DNA of 64,000 bases from an uncultured bacterium (GTDB taxonomy: Bacteria; Acidobacteriota; Thermoanaerobaculia; Multivoradales; JAHZIX01). The notes under the pieces were generated by a model that searched no databases, was not told where the DNA came from, and saw nothing but the letters and a program-made list of their open reading frames with translations. Of this stretch, positions 41,118 through 50,827 are shown one piece after another; the stretch's first letter is position 1; each line of letters starts with the position of its first letter. A program made the position numbers and the translations under genes. The stretch spans positions 32,001 to 96,000 of the forward strand of contig CBDUPA010000002.1 in assembly GCA_965368975.1 (NCBI GenBank). The letters are read 5' to 3'.

Positions 41118-43781
41118 CTAATTCTCGGCCTGCAGCGTCTCGATACCCTGCTCGCGCAGCGGATCGAACCAGGGTAGGGAAAACCAGCGAACGTCGAAGT
41201 CCTCGAGAGCACGCTGAGCGTGCTCTCGGGCGAGTTCGTATTCGCCGACCAGGGTGTAGACCAAGGCCGCCTCGAACGCTACCTGCGTCGCTCGCGGGGC
41301 TCGCTGCAGCGCCAGCTCTACAGCCGCACGCGCCTCGGAGCCACGGCCCAAATGAGCCAAGGCTTGTGCCTTCACCGTCAGCATTTGCCAGTGGGACGCG
41401 GCCGGATCTCGAGCCACCGAGGTCACGACCCTCTCGTAGAACAGCCTGGCCTCCGGATGTCGCCCCAGGTGCTCGAGGGTATCAGCGAGGTTGAGTGCCA
41501 CCATCGGGTTGTTGGGCTCCCGAGCCAGCGCACGGCGCGCCACTTGCTCGGCTTCCTGCCATCGATCGAGCAGCATGAAGGTGATGCTCAGGTTGGTCAG
41601 CTCGGTCATCTGAGGCGAACTCTCGACCAGCTGTTGGTACAGTTCGAGTGCCCGTTCCAGAGATCCGAAGGTCATCTCCAGCTGTGCCAGCAAGGACTGC
41701 GCCGCGTAGTATCCAGGAGACCGCCGGAGCAACTCGTCGAGATGAGCGCGCGCGGCGGCATATTCACCCAGGGCCATCTCCAGCTGAGCGAGCTTGAACA
41801 GGTGGTGGCGCGAGGGCTGCTGCTGAACCGCCTGCCGCATCCACCGGATGGCTTGCGCTGAACGACCTTGGTGCTGGTAGAGGCTGGCCCGACGCATCAG
41901 TGTCTGGCTGTCTCCAGGTTGCAGCCGCGCGAGCTGTTCCAAGCTCTGCTCCGCTACCGCTGTTTGCTCAGCCTTGAGCCCGACATCGAACCGGACCATC
42001 AGCGGCCGAGGATCACCAGGAGCCAGCTCCTCGGCCTGCTCGAGAAGCTCGAGCGCAACGTCCAGGTCGCTCGCGTCGCGCCGCTCGTTGAAGCGATAGA
42101 GACGCAACTGGGCATCCAGCAAATAGGCTTCCACGAAACGCGGCGAGCGACGGCGGATACCTGCCAGGCGCTCGAGAACGCGATCGATCGACAAGGCCGA
42201 GCCTTCGAGTTCCGTGAAGCGGGTATAGAGCTCGAGAAACTCTTCGTAGTCGGGTTCGGACACCAGCAAGCCTGGCTGCCGGGTGCGCGCTGGATGCGAC
42301 GGATAGGCAAGCTGCAAGTAGCTTTCCAGCACCTCGGGCAAGGCTCGGGGACGCTCACGCAACACCGCCAGCCGCTCCGTCCACAGAAGACTTCCGTCAT
42401 ATCCGGAAATACGGCGCAAGACCAGGTTGCAGGACGCTGTCGGGCAGTGCAGCTGTGATGTAAAGACCTCGTCCGCGGCGGTCGAGCGAGCGATCTCCAG
42501 GGGCGTGCCCTCGAGGTCGCCCATTTGCTCCGGGGGAAGCACCGCCAGGCCTTCTCGGCCGAGCAGGTTGCGTAGCAAGGCCAGCTCCAAGCTCGACGCC
42601 AGTTGCGCCTCTTCGCCGAGCGTCGCCTGCGTCGTCACTTCAGGCGGCAGAACCGCGACGTAGAGCGGCGGCGGTGCTTCTCGATGCAACCACCAGGCGC
42701 CAGTACCCGTCAGCAGCGCGGCCAGCAAGGCGGCCAACATCCAGACCACCGGACGCTTCCACGCCGGGCGCTCCTGGCGTGGCTCCGTCTTCGAGTGGAA
42801 GATGACGGTCGTCGACGACGGCGAGCCGGCACCGACGAGCGTCGCCTGGTTCGCGTCCCAGGTCGGCTGATCGATCGCCCACCGCTGCGCATCGTCCGCG
42901 ATGGCTTCGAGAGCACGGATGCCCGAGTCGCTCTCGTCGCTCGATAGCGGCGTCAGCGAGCTGATTCGCTGCAGCTCGGCGAGCACCGCATGAGCGCTCT
43001 CGGGTCGCCGCGGCGGGTCCTTCTCCAGCATGTGGTCGAGCAATGCGGACAGGTCGCGCGGCAAGTCGGACACGACATCGCTCGCCGATATCTGCTGCTG
43101 CGTGCAGATCCGGGTCAACATGTCCACCGGATTGCCGGCAGCGAAAGGATGGTGGCCGGTGACCATGCGGTAGAGCAAGATGCCGAGGGCGAAGAGATCC
43201 GAGCGGACATCGAGATCCTGGCCACGTGCCTGCTCGGGGGACATGGCAGCGTAGGTCCCGAGCACGCCACCGCCGTGCGACAAGGGCTCCGTGTCATCGC
43301 GCGGATCGAGACTCTTGGCCAGACCGAAATCCAGGATCTTGGCGTGCCCGACCTCGGTGACCATCACGTTCTCGGGCTTCAGGTCGCGGTGCAGAATGCC
43401 ACGCGCATGGGCGGCGGCCAAGCCGGAGGTGATCTCACGTCCCAGGCGCAGTGCGCGGCGTAGCGGCAACCGTTTCCGGTGCAGCAGCACCGCCAGCGTC
43501 TCGCCCTCGATGAACTCCATGACGATGGCGTCGCCTCCCGCCGTCTCCAGGACGTGGAAGATTTGCACCGTCGCGGGATGGCTGAGCGCGGCCGCCGCCT
43601 TGGCTTCACGACGGAACCGTTGGCGCGCTTCGGGACGGCCGGCGGCCTCCGGCCGAATGTACTTGACGGCGACTCGACGCTCGAGTTGCTCGTCGTACGC
43701 CAGGTAGACTTCGCCCATACCACCGGCGCCCAGCCGGCGTTCGAGGCGGTAGGGGCCGATACGGTCCGGATCGGGCGGCAC
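41118..43781 (-). CDS. Membrane Ser/Thr protein kinase with extracytoplasmic TPR domain
   Basis: LGAGGMGEVY, VAVK, HRDLKPEN, DFG, AMSPEQ; TM VVWMLAALLAALLTGTGAWW; many TPRs. Confidence 0.95.
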   Translation of the reverse strand: MPPDPDRIGPYRLERRLGAGGMGEVYLAYDEQLERRVAVKYIRPEAAGRPEARQRFRREAKAAAALSHPATVQIFHVLETAGGDAIVMEFIEGETLAVLLHRKRLPLRRALRLGREITSGLAAAHARGILHRDLKPENVMVTEVGHAKILDFGLAKSLDPRDDTEPLSHGGGVLGTYAAMSPEQARGQDLDVRSDLFALGILLYRMVTGHHPFAAGNPVDMLTRICTQQQISASDVVSDLPRDLSALLDHMLEKDPPRRPESAHAVLAELQRISSLTPLSSDESDSGIRALEAIADDAQRWAIDQPTWDANQATLVGAGSPSSTTVIFHSKTEPRQERPAWKRPVVWMLAALLAALLTGTGAWWLHREAPPPLYVAVLPPEVTTQATLGEEAQLASSLELALLRNLLGREGLAVLPPEQMGDLEGTPLEIARSTAADEVFTSQLHCPTASCNLVLRRISGYDGSLLWTERLAVLRERPRALPEVLESYLQLAYPSHPARTRQPGLLVSEPDYEEFLELYTRFTELEGSALSIDRVLERLAGIRRRSPRFVEAYLLDAQLRLYRFNERRDASDLDVALELLEQAEELAPGDPRPLMVRFDVGLKAEQTAVAEQSLEQLARLQPGDSQTLMRRASLYQHQGRSAQAIRWMRQAVQQQPSRHHLFKLAQLEMALGEYAAARAHLDELLRRSPGYYAAQSLLAQLEMTFGSLERALELYQQLVESSPQMTELTNLSITFMLLDRWQEAEQVARRALAREPNNPMVALNLADTLEHLGRHPEARLFYERVVTSVARDPAASHWQMLTVKAQALAHLGRGSEARAAVELALQRAPRATQVAFEAALVYTLVGEYELAREHAQRALEDFDVRWFSLPWFDPLREQGIETLQAEN

Positions 43782-43791
43782 CGGATGCGCT

Positions 43792-45516
43792 CTACTTCCG
43801 CGTCCGCGGTGTGTCCGCCGGGGCTTGGCCCAGATCTAGCGAGAGGCCAAAGTGCTTCATACGGCGTCTCAAACCTTGCTTGGAAACTTCCAGCTCGTCG
43901 ACCATGGCGTCGAGGTTGCCGCGGCAGCGAGCCAGGCTCTGCTCGATTTCGTCTCGATCGAGATCCGCAGCTTTGCGAATGCCAGGAATCTGATGGATCA
44001 GATCATACAGCGACGGACGCGGGATCCCCAGCTGACGCGCCGCGTCCTGGATCCGCCAGCGCTGCTCACGCAGTGCGGCGAGCACCTCTTCCTGGCGCAG
44101 GTCCGAAGGCCGGCGCGTGGGCGCGGATGCAGTGGCGGGCGTGGGCCTCGACGGCCGGAGCGGCGACACCCCTGACCCATGCTCGGCTCTTGACCGGCGC
44201 TCCGCAGTACGGCCGCAAGCCGGCACGTCGATTTCGGCCAGCAGGTTCTCCAACTGCGACGACGGACGCAAGCGCGACTCGCCACGGCCGGCGATCACCA
44301 ACTGGCGCACGACGTTGCGCAGCTGCCGGACGTTGCCCGGCCAGTGGCAGACGGCCAAGCGCGCCACCAGTTCGGCAGGCAACCACGGCGATCCCCCAGG
44401 TGTCGTTTCCAGCTTGTGCGTCTCGTGCAGCACTTCCAGTTCGAGACGCAGGAAGTGGCGCAGCAGGCGCCCGAAATCCTCGCGCCGGGCGCGCAGCGGC
44501 GGGATGCGGATCTCGTAGCCCTGCAATCGATGCAGCAACGGCGCGCGGAACCTCTGCCCTGCCACCGCCGCTTCTAGGTCGGCATCGGTAGCGGCGAGCA
44601 GCCGTACATCGGCCTGGAAGGCCTCGGCGGCGCCCAGTGGCTGCACCTCGCCGGTCTCCAGCGTACGCAGCAGCATCGCCTGCACTTCCTCCGGCGTCTC
44701 GCCGACCTCGTCCAGGAACAAGGTGCCTTGACGCGCCTTGCGGAAGTAGCCGTCGCGCGCCCGATCGGCGCCGGTGAAGGCCCCTTTGCCCGCACCGAAG
44801 AGTTCGGCGGCGGCCAGCGCCGGCGGTAGCGAAGCCATGTTGAGCGCGACAAACGGCCGGTCCCGGCGCGGGCTCGCCGCGTGCAGTGCGCTCGCCACCA
44901 CTTCCTTGCCGGTCCCGGTCTCACCGCGCAGCAAGACGGGAACCACCAGATCGGCCAGGCGCTGAATGTCCTGGCGCACCTGGCGCATGGCCGGACTCTC
45001 TCCAATCAGTCCGTGCCGTGGCAACAGCTGCGAGCTGACCGGGTCGACCGTGTGTAGTAGCAGGACAACGCGACCGGCGAGCAGCAACACCACGCCGTCG
45101 AGTAGAGCCGCAGTATCGAAGACCCTGGTCTCGCGCACGACTTCGTCGTCGACGTGCACCTCGGTTCGACTCGAGCGGGTGTTCAGCTCGATTCCCGCTG
45201 GGGTGGCGCGCAGCAGCAATGGTGAGCGACTGATCCGCGGGTCGGCCAGCGGCCTCACTTCGCCACTGCCCGGAGGAGCAAACAGCGGCTCCAGCCGCGA
45301 CAAGCGCACCTCGCGGTCCTCCGTGCCGCGGGCCCCACCCGCCGTACTAGCCCTTTGGAGCTGCGGCAGCGCGACGCGCTCACCGATCCGGTGCAAGTCG
45401 GGATGATAGAGAACAGTCAGCCCGGGGACACGGAGATCCCGGTGACTTTCCCAACCGCTCTGACGAGTGTGTGTCCGCGATTGTGTTTCACCATTCCACG
45501 TGGCGATGTGAGACAT
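43792..45516 (-). CDS. Sigma54-dependent activator (bEBP) with FHA-like N-terminus and two C-terminal Fis-type HTHs
   Basis: GETGTGKE, ELFG..KGAFTGA, LFLDEVGE, WPGNVRQL; degenerate FHA (LSR...LADPRISR); HTHs WRIQDAARQLGIPRPSLYDLI and GNLDAMVDELEVSKQGLRRRM. ATG 45516 lies 7 nt after TAAACT. Confidence 0.93.
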   Translation of the reverse strand: MSHIATWNGETQSRTHTRQSGWESHRDLRVPGLTVLYHPDLHRIGERVALPQLQRASTAGGARGTEDREVRLSRLEPLFAPPGSGEVRPLADPRISRSPLLLRATPAGIELNTRSSRTEVHVDDEVVRETRVFDTAALLDGVVLLLAGRVVLLLHTVDPVSSQLLPRHGLIGESPAMRQVRQDIQRLADLVVPVLLRGETGTGKEVVASALHAASPRRDRPFVALNMASLPPALAAAELFGAGKGAFTGADRARDGYFRKARQGTLFLDEVGETPEEVQAMLLRTLETGEVQPLGAAEAFQADVRLLAATDADLEAAVAGQRFRAPLLHRLQGYEIRIPPLRARREDFGRLLRHFLRLELEVLHETHKLETTPGGSPWLPAELVARLAVCHWPGNVRQLRNVVRQLVIAGRGESRLRPSSQLENLLAEIDVPACGRTAERRSRAEHGSGVSPLRPSRPTPATASAPTRRPSDLRQEEVLAALREQRWRIQDAARQLGIPRPSLYDLIHQIPGIRKAADLDRDEIEQSLARCRGNLDAMVDELEVSKQGLRRRMKHFGLSLDLGQAPADTPRTRK

Positions 45517-45598
45517 ACGTTGCAGTTTAGAGCCAGCGATGAAGGATGGGCAACCTCCGTGGCACTTGCCCACGCTGGGTTTGTGGTAGAAAGCGCTC

Positions 45599-46264
45599 AT
45601 GTCGAATCGTTCGACCCCCTCTCGCCCGGCTTCGGAAGCAGATCCCCTGCGTGCCTTGATCGGTCAGGCTCTGGACGATGTCCTGGCCGCGACCCAACGG
45701 GCACCCGAGGGAGCCGCGACGGCGTCCGCTGCAGCTGGATCTGTTACCGCTGGGGCCATGGTCGCCGACAGAGTCTCGGGGAGCTCCGTCTCGACGATGT
45801 CCGCTGCACCGGCGGTCGCCATCGGTGCCGACCACGGCGGTTTCGCGCTCAAGGAGCGCCTGATGGTCCTGCTGCGCCAGCGCGGCTGCACGGTCACCGA
45901 CTGTGGCACCTACTCGACCGACAGCTGCGACTACCCCGACTTCGCGCACGAAGTCGCGCGCCGTGTCGCGGACGGCAGCTGCCGCTGGGGGATCATCGTC
46001 GACGGCGCCGGTATCGGCTCGTCGATGGTCGCCAACAAGGTGCCGGGCGTGCGCGCCGCGCTGTGCTACGACGTCTCGAGCGCGCGCAACAGCCGCGAGC
46101 ACAACCACGCCAACGTGCTGACGCTGGGCGCCAGCCTGATCGGCGCGGGCCTGGCCGAACAGATCGTCACAACATGGCTCGATGCCCCCTGGGGCGAGGG
46201 ACGCCATGCCCGCCGAGTCGATAAGATCACCGACGTGGAACGCCGCTACCTGGTCTCCAGGTGA
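45599..46264 (+). CDS. rpiB: RpiB/LacAB-family sugar-phosphate isomerase with N-terminal encapsulation peptide
   Basis: IGADHGG, DYPDFA, DGAGIGSSMVANKVPGVRAA, REHNHANVL, GRHARRV; N-terminal amphipathic LRALIGQALDDVL plus linker. Confidence 0.92.
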   Translation: MSNRSTPSRPASEADPLRALIGQALDDVLAATQRAPEGAATASAAAGSVTAGAMVADRVSGSSVSTMSAAPAVAIGADHGGFALKERLMVLLRQRGCTVTDCGTYSTDSCDYPDFAHEVARRVADGSCRWGIIVDGAGIGSSMVANKVPGVRAALCYDVSSARNSREHNHANVLTLGASLIGAGLAEQIVTTWLDAPWGEGRHARRVDKITDVERRYLVSR

Positions 46265-46275
46265 GGAACTAGACC

Positions 46276-47137
46276 ATGGACCGCGAAGCTCTGATCGATG
46301 CCGTGACCGCGCGCGTACTGTCAGCGGTCGGCTGTAGCACCAAGGACGCCTCCGCCGCTGACCGCTGCACCGACTGCACCGGCGGCTGTGCCGCCAGCTG
46401 CGCTTCCAAGGTGCGCGCCGTGATGGGCGCCGGCGCCGGCCGCGTCAGCTTCCGCGGCAGCGGCGGCGACGTCCCCTCCGACCTCGCCCGCACCATCGAC
46501 CACACCCTGCTCAAGCCCGACACCACCCCGGCACAGATCGACAAGCTGTGCTACGAAGCCCGCGAGTACCGATTCGCGGCGGTGTGCGTCAATCCCGTCT
46601 GGGTCAAGCGCGCCGTCTCGCGCCTGCGCGGCAGCAGCGTCACCGTGGCTTCGGTGGTCGGCTTCCCGCTCGGCGCCAGCACGCCCGAGATCAAGGCCAT
46701 GGAGGCACGCCGAGCCCTGCGCGACGGCGCGCGCGAGATCGACATGGTGCTCAACGTCGGCGCCCTGAAGGCCGGCGACTACGACCTGGTCGAACGCGAC
46801 ATCGCCAAGGTCACCGACGCCTGCAACGAAGTCGGGGCGCTCAACAAGGTGATCCTCGAGACCGCTTTGCTGAGCGACGAAGAGAAAGTCATCGCGTGCC
46901 GGCTGGCGGTCGCCGGCGGTGCGCACTACGTCAAGACCTCCACCGGCTTCGGCGGCGGCGGTGCGACCGTCTTCGATATCGCCCTGATGCGCGAGGCAGT
47001 GGGTCCCAAGCTCGGTGTCAAAGCCTCGGGCGGCGTCAAAAACCGCGGCGATGCCATCGCCATGATCGACGCCGGTGCCACCCGCATCGGCGCTTCGGCC
47101 GGAATTCAAATCGTCAGCGGATCCAAGGGAGGAGCCA

Positions 47138-47151
<14 letters not shown>
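46276..47151 (+). CDS. deoC: Deoxyribose-phosphate aldolase with encapsulation peptide and Cys-rich extension
   Basis: [44 protein letters not shown]. Confidence 0.96.
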
Positions 47152-47809
<658 letters not shown>

Positions 47810-47905
47810 CAGCTGAAGACTGCTAGCTGAAGACTGAACGAACACCCGAAGTGCAATCTTCGAACTGCGACATATCCGAGAGCGACTACCTGAGGAGTAA
47901 GAACG

Positions 47906-48196
47906 ATGGCCGAAGCACTAGGCATGATTGAAACCCGCGGCTTCACCGCGATGGTCGAAGCGTCCGACGCCATGGTCAAGGCGGCGAAGGTCGAGTTGGT
48001 GGGCTACGAGCGCATCGGCGGCGGCTACGTCACCGCCATCGTGCGCGGCGACGTGGCGGCGGTCAAGGCTGCCGTCGAGGCTGGCGTACGTGGCGCCGAG
48101 AAGGTCGGCGAAGTGGTTTCCACCCACGTCATCGCTCGTCCGCACAGCAACGTCGACAGCGTCCTGCCCCTCGGCCGTCCGTCCGAGGAGAGCTGA
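47906..48196 (+). CDS. BMC-H shell hexamer (EutM/PduA-like)
   Basis: [37 protein letters not shown]; GAGGAG RBS. Confidence 0.97.
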   Translation: MAEALGMIETRGFTAMVEASDAMVKAAKVELVGYERIGGGYVTAIVRGDVAAVKAAVEAGVRGAEKVGEVVSTHVIARPHSNVDSVLPLGRPSEES

Positions 48197-48201
48197 GACC
48201 C

Positions 48202-48492
48202 ATGCATCTGGCACGGGTGGTCGGCACCCTGGTCGCCAGCCGCAAGGAAGAGCGCCTGGAAGGACTGAAATTCCTGGTGCTGCGCCAGCTCGACGTCGAC
48301 GGCCAAGAAACCGGCGGCTCGTTGATCGCCAACGACGCCGTCGGCGCCGGGGTCGGTGAGGTCGTACTCTACGCCAGCGGCAGTTCCGCGCGGCAGACCG
48401 AGGCGACCCACGAGCGACCGTGCGACGCCGTCGTCATGGCGATCGTCGATACCTGGGAAGTCGGCGGCACCGAGGTCTACCGCAAGGACTGA
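48202..48492 (+). CDS. BMC-P vertex pentamer (EutN/CcmL) #1
   Basis: [41 protein letters not shown]. Confidence 0.96.
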   Translation: MHLARVVGTLVASRKEERLEGLKFLVLRQLDVDGQETGGSLIANDAVGAGVGEVVLYASGSSARQTEATHERPCDAVVMAIVDTWEVGGTEVYRKD

Positions 48493-50123
48493 GATACGGC
48501 GCAAGCCTCCGCTGCGCCGTCCAGCACTCCTTCCTCTAGCACTCCCTCGACCCACAGAGCTTGGTAGATCAGCTGCGCCATCTTGCCGGCGCCGCGGTGG
48601 GTAAAGTGGCAATTGTCGACCGTGTCCAGCGGCGCGAAGGCATCGGGCGCTAGCACCGCGTCGACGAACGGCAGCCCGAACTCTGCCGCGACCTGACGGC
48701 CGACTTCGTTGTGCTCGCGCACACCGACCGCGAAGCTCTCGTCGCTCGGCGTGCGCGGGGTGAAGTACTGCGGCACGATCACCACCCGCGTGCCGCGAGC
48801 CTGCGCCAGGCGCACCAGGTCTTCCAGCAGACTGCGATAGAGCGTCGGCGGCGTTTCCTCGAGGCGGGCGGACCACTCCCGCGCCGGAGGCAACGCTTCC
48901 GCTCGCGCTTCGCGGCCGATCTGCCGGTGGCGTCCCGGCAGCGCGACGCGGCGCAGGTAATAGAAACGATAGGGTGTGAAGTGCCGCAGCCACGGATGCG
49001 GCGCCGGCAGCACTGCCCCCTCCTCACGCCAGGGCGCACGATAGTGCCCGTAGTCCACCTTCTGCGGTGCCCCGAGCAGGCGCGGTTGTACGTCGTTGAT
49101 GCCAGCGAAAATCAGCAGCACGTCGGCGTCCAGGTGACGCAAATGGCTCACGTAATGCAGCAAGTTCTCGTACAGCGAGTAACCACCCACGCCGCCGTTG
49201 ATCACCTCGACCTCCGGTCCGCACACTCCGCGTAAGTGTTGCTCCAAACGGTAGACCCAGGTGTCCTGCGCGCGCAGGATCGCGTTGTCGTAGGTCGTAC
49301 TGCCGCCCAGCACTAGCAAGCGCAAAGCCCCCTCGTCCCGCGCCTGTGCGCTCAGAAGTTGGGTACGGCGAATCAAGTAAGTCGCGTCGTGCTGCCGCTC
49401 GCCGGCTCGCTCCTGGAGCGGGTTGAGCGCGTAGTTCAGCGTGTGGTGCGGCGTGAAGCGGAACTGCGGCGACGTCAAATCTGGATCGAAGGCGGATCGA
49501 TAGAGCCGCTGCTCGAAGGCACCACGATCAGCTAGATCGTTCTCGATCACCGTCCACACCGCGACCTGGACCGCGACGAGCAACAACACCACCTGCGCGA
49601 CGCTCAGCCAGCGTCCACGACCGAGCAGCCGGTAAAGCAAGAAGGCCGTCAGGATCTGCAGCAGCACCACCACTGGCACATGCGTAATCGCTGGTAGCGC
49701 CCGCGGTCCGCGCCAGCTGTAGGCACGACCGTTGGAGTTGGGATTTGAGCCGTCTGAGGCCGAAACGAAGAGGCCATACTGCAGGTGGGCAAAGGAGCCG
49801 TCGCAGCGCTCCCCCACGTCCGAGAGGTGCGTATGAAACGCCCCATCCAGAGATGGGCCCAGCGGCCGCCCGTCCTCCAGAATCTCCAGCCGCGAATCGA
49901 CCAGCGTGCCGTTGCCGTCGGTGGGCACATCGGCGAGCCCCGCATCCCGTAAGTCGAGGCGGTAGACGCAACCCTCGAACGGTTCAAACGGCCCGTCCAA
50001 GGGCTGCTCGACCAACCAGGTCATCCCCGGCGGAAAGAGTAGGAAGACGAGCAGTCCCAGGGCGACGATGAAGAGCGCCAGGTAGCCGTCCTGGCGAGTC
50101 CAGCGGAAGAATCTCTCAGCCAT
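48477..50123 (-). CDS. Membrane-anchored SGNH/GDSL hydrolase
   Basis: LGGSTT (block I), [18 protein letters not shown] (DxxH); several TM segments. ATG 50123 lies 7 nt after TATACT. Confidence 0.85.
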   Translation of the reverse strand: MAERFFRWTRQDGYLALFIVALGLLVFLLFPPGMTWLVEQPLDGPFEPFEGCVYRLDLRDAGLADVPTDGNGTLVDSRLEILEDGRPLGPSLDGAFHTHLSDVGERCDGSFAHLQYGLFVSASDGSNPNSNGRAYSWRGPRALPAITHVPVVVLLQILTAFLLYRLLGRGRWLSVAQVVLLLVAVQVAVWTVIENDLADRGAFEQRLYRSAFDPDLTSPQFRFTPHHTLNYALNPLQERAGERQHDATYLIRRTQLLSAQARDEGALRLLVLGGSTTYDNAILRAQDTWVYRLEQHLRGVCGPEVEVINGGVGGYSLYENLLHYVSHLRHLDADVLLIFAGINDVQPRLLGAPQKVDYGHYRAPWREEGAVLPAPHPWLRHFTPYRFYYLRRVALPGRHRQIGREARAEALPPAREWSARLEETPPTLYRSLLEDLVRLAQARGTRVVIVPQYFTPRTPSDESFAVGVREHNEVGRQVAAEFGLPFVDAVLAPDAFAPLDTVDNCHFTHRGAGKMAQLIYQALWVEGVLEEGVLDGAAEACAVSQSLR

Positions 50124-50140
50124 GCCGCGCAGTATACGAG

Positions 50141-50614
50141 CTACCAGGCGCGCCACGTATCCTTACGCGTCCCCTTGGCCGACTTCGCCCCGCCGTCTGC
50201 CACGGATTGGCGATCTTGCTGAGCGGTGTCCTCCGTCGGCTCGGCTGCCGGAGCCTCCTTGGGTGCCAGCGTAGCTTGCAGAATCTTCATCTGCCGCCAG
50301 TAGTCGTCAATCGCCTGCTGGCCGTCTTGGGTCAGGCGTACGGTGGTGTGCGGCTTGCGGCCGACGAAGTCCTTGATGATCAGCACCAAGTCTCCGGCCT
50401 CCAACTTGCTCAAGTGCGCGGACAGGTTGCCTTTGGTGAGGCCGGTGACGTTCTGCAAGAAGAGAAAGTCCGCCTCGGCGCAGTTGGCCAACGTCGTCAG
50501 GATCGCCAATCGTGCCGGCTCATGGACCAGCTTGTCTAGTTCCGCCAGTTCTCGGACGGCTTCCGGGTCTGGCAGAGAAATCGCTACCGAACTATGCAAA
50601 TCAGTCTTCATCAC
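50141..50614 (-). CDS. Winged-helix transcriptional regulator (HTH_34, ArsR/MarR-like)
   Basis: LDKLVHEPARLAIL..L...ADF..L....GLTKGNLSAHLSKLE...K.F.GRKP.T...LT..G. Confidence 0.9.
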   Translation of the reverse strand: MMKTDLHSSVAISLPDPEAVRELAELDKLVHEPARLAILTTLANCAEADFLFLQNVTGLTKGNLSAHLSKLEAGDLVLIIKDFVGRKPHTTVRLTQDGQQAIDDYWRQMKILQATLAPKEAPAAEPTEDTAQQDRQSVADGGAKSAKGTRKDTWRAW

Positions 50615-50709
50615 AAACCAGTATGGCGAAATCTAGAAACTCGAGATCTCGGGTAGATCTTCCTTACGGCTGGTCCGCGGGTGGCTCATAGTGCATCTCT
50701 TTGATATCA

Positions 50710-50744
50710 GTTTGCAACATAAACCAGTCTGAGATCATTGTCAA
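50710..50744 (-). promoter_or_regulatory. Sigma70 promoter TTGACA-N17-TATGTT with an overlapping palindromic operator
   Basis: -35 at 50739-50744 and -10 at 50716-50721; GTTT-N7-AAAC dyad (50710-50724) overlaps the -10, a typical autorepression layout. Confidence 0.7.
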
Positions 50745-50827
50745 CCAGCGTCATGCTACCTCGACCAAGCCGGCGCAGCAGAATCCTATCTGCCCCTGAG
50801 ACGCCAACCTGTGGTAAGAACTGACGC

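Noticed and set aside
45560-45576. TGGCAC upstream of rpiB as a sigma54 promoter that would put the BMC under the adjacent bEBP
   Set aside because: Spacing is GG-N11-GC with no TTGC at -12; sigma54 requires GG-N10-GC.
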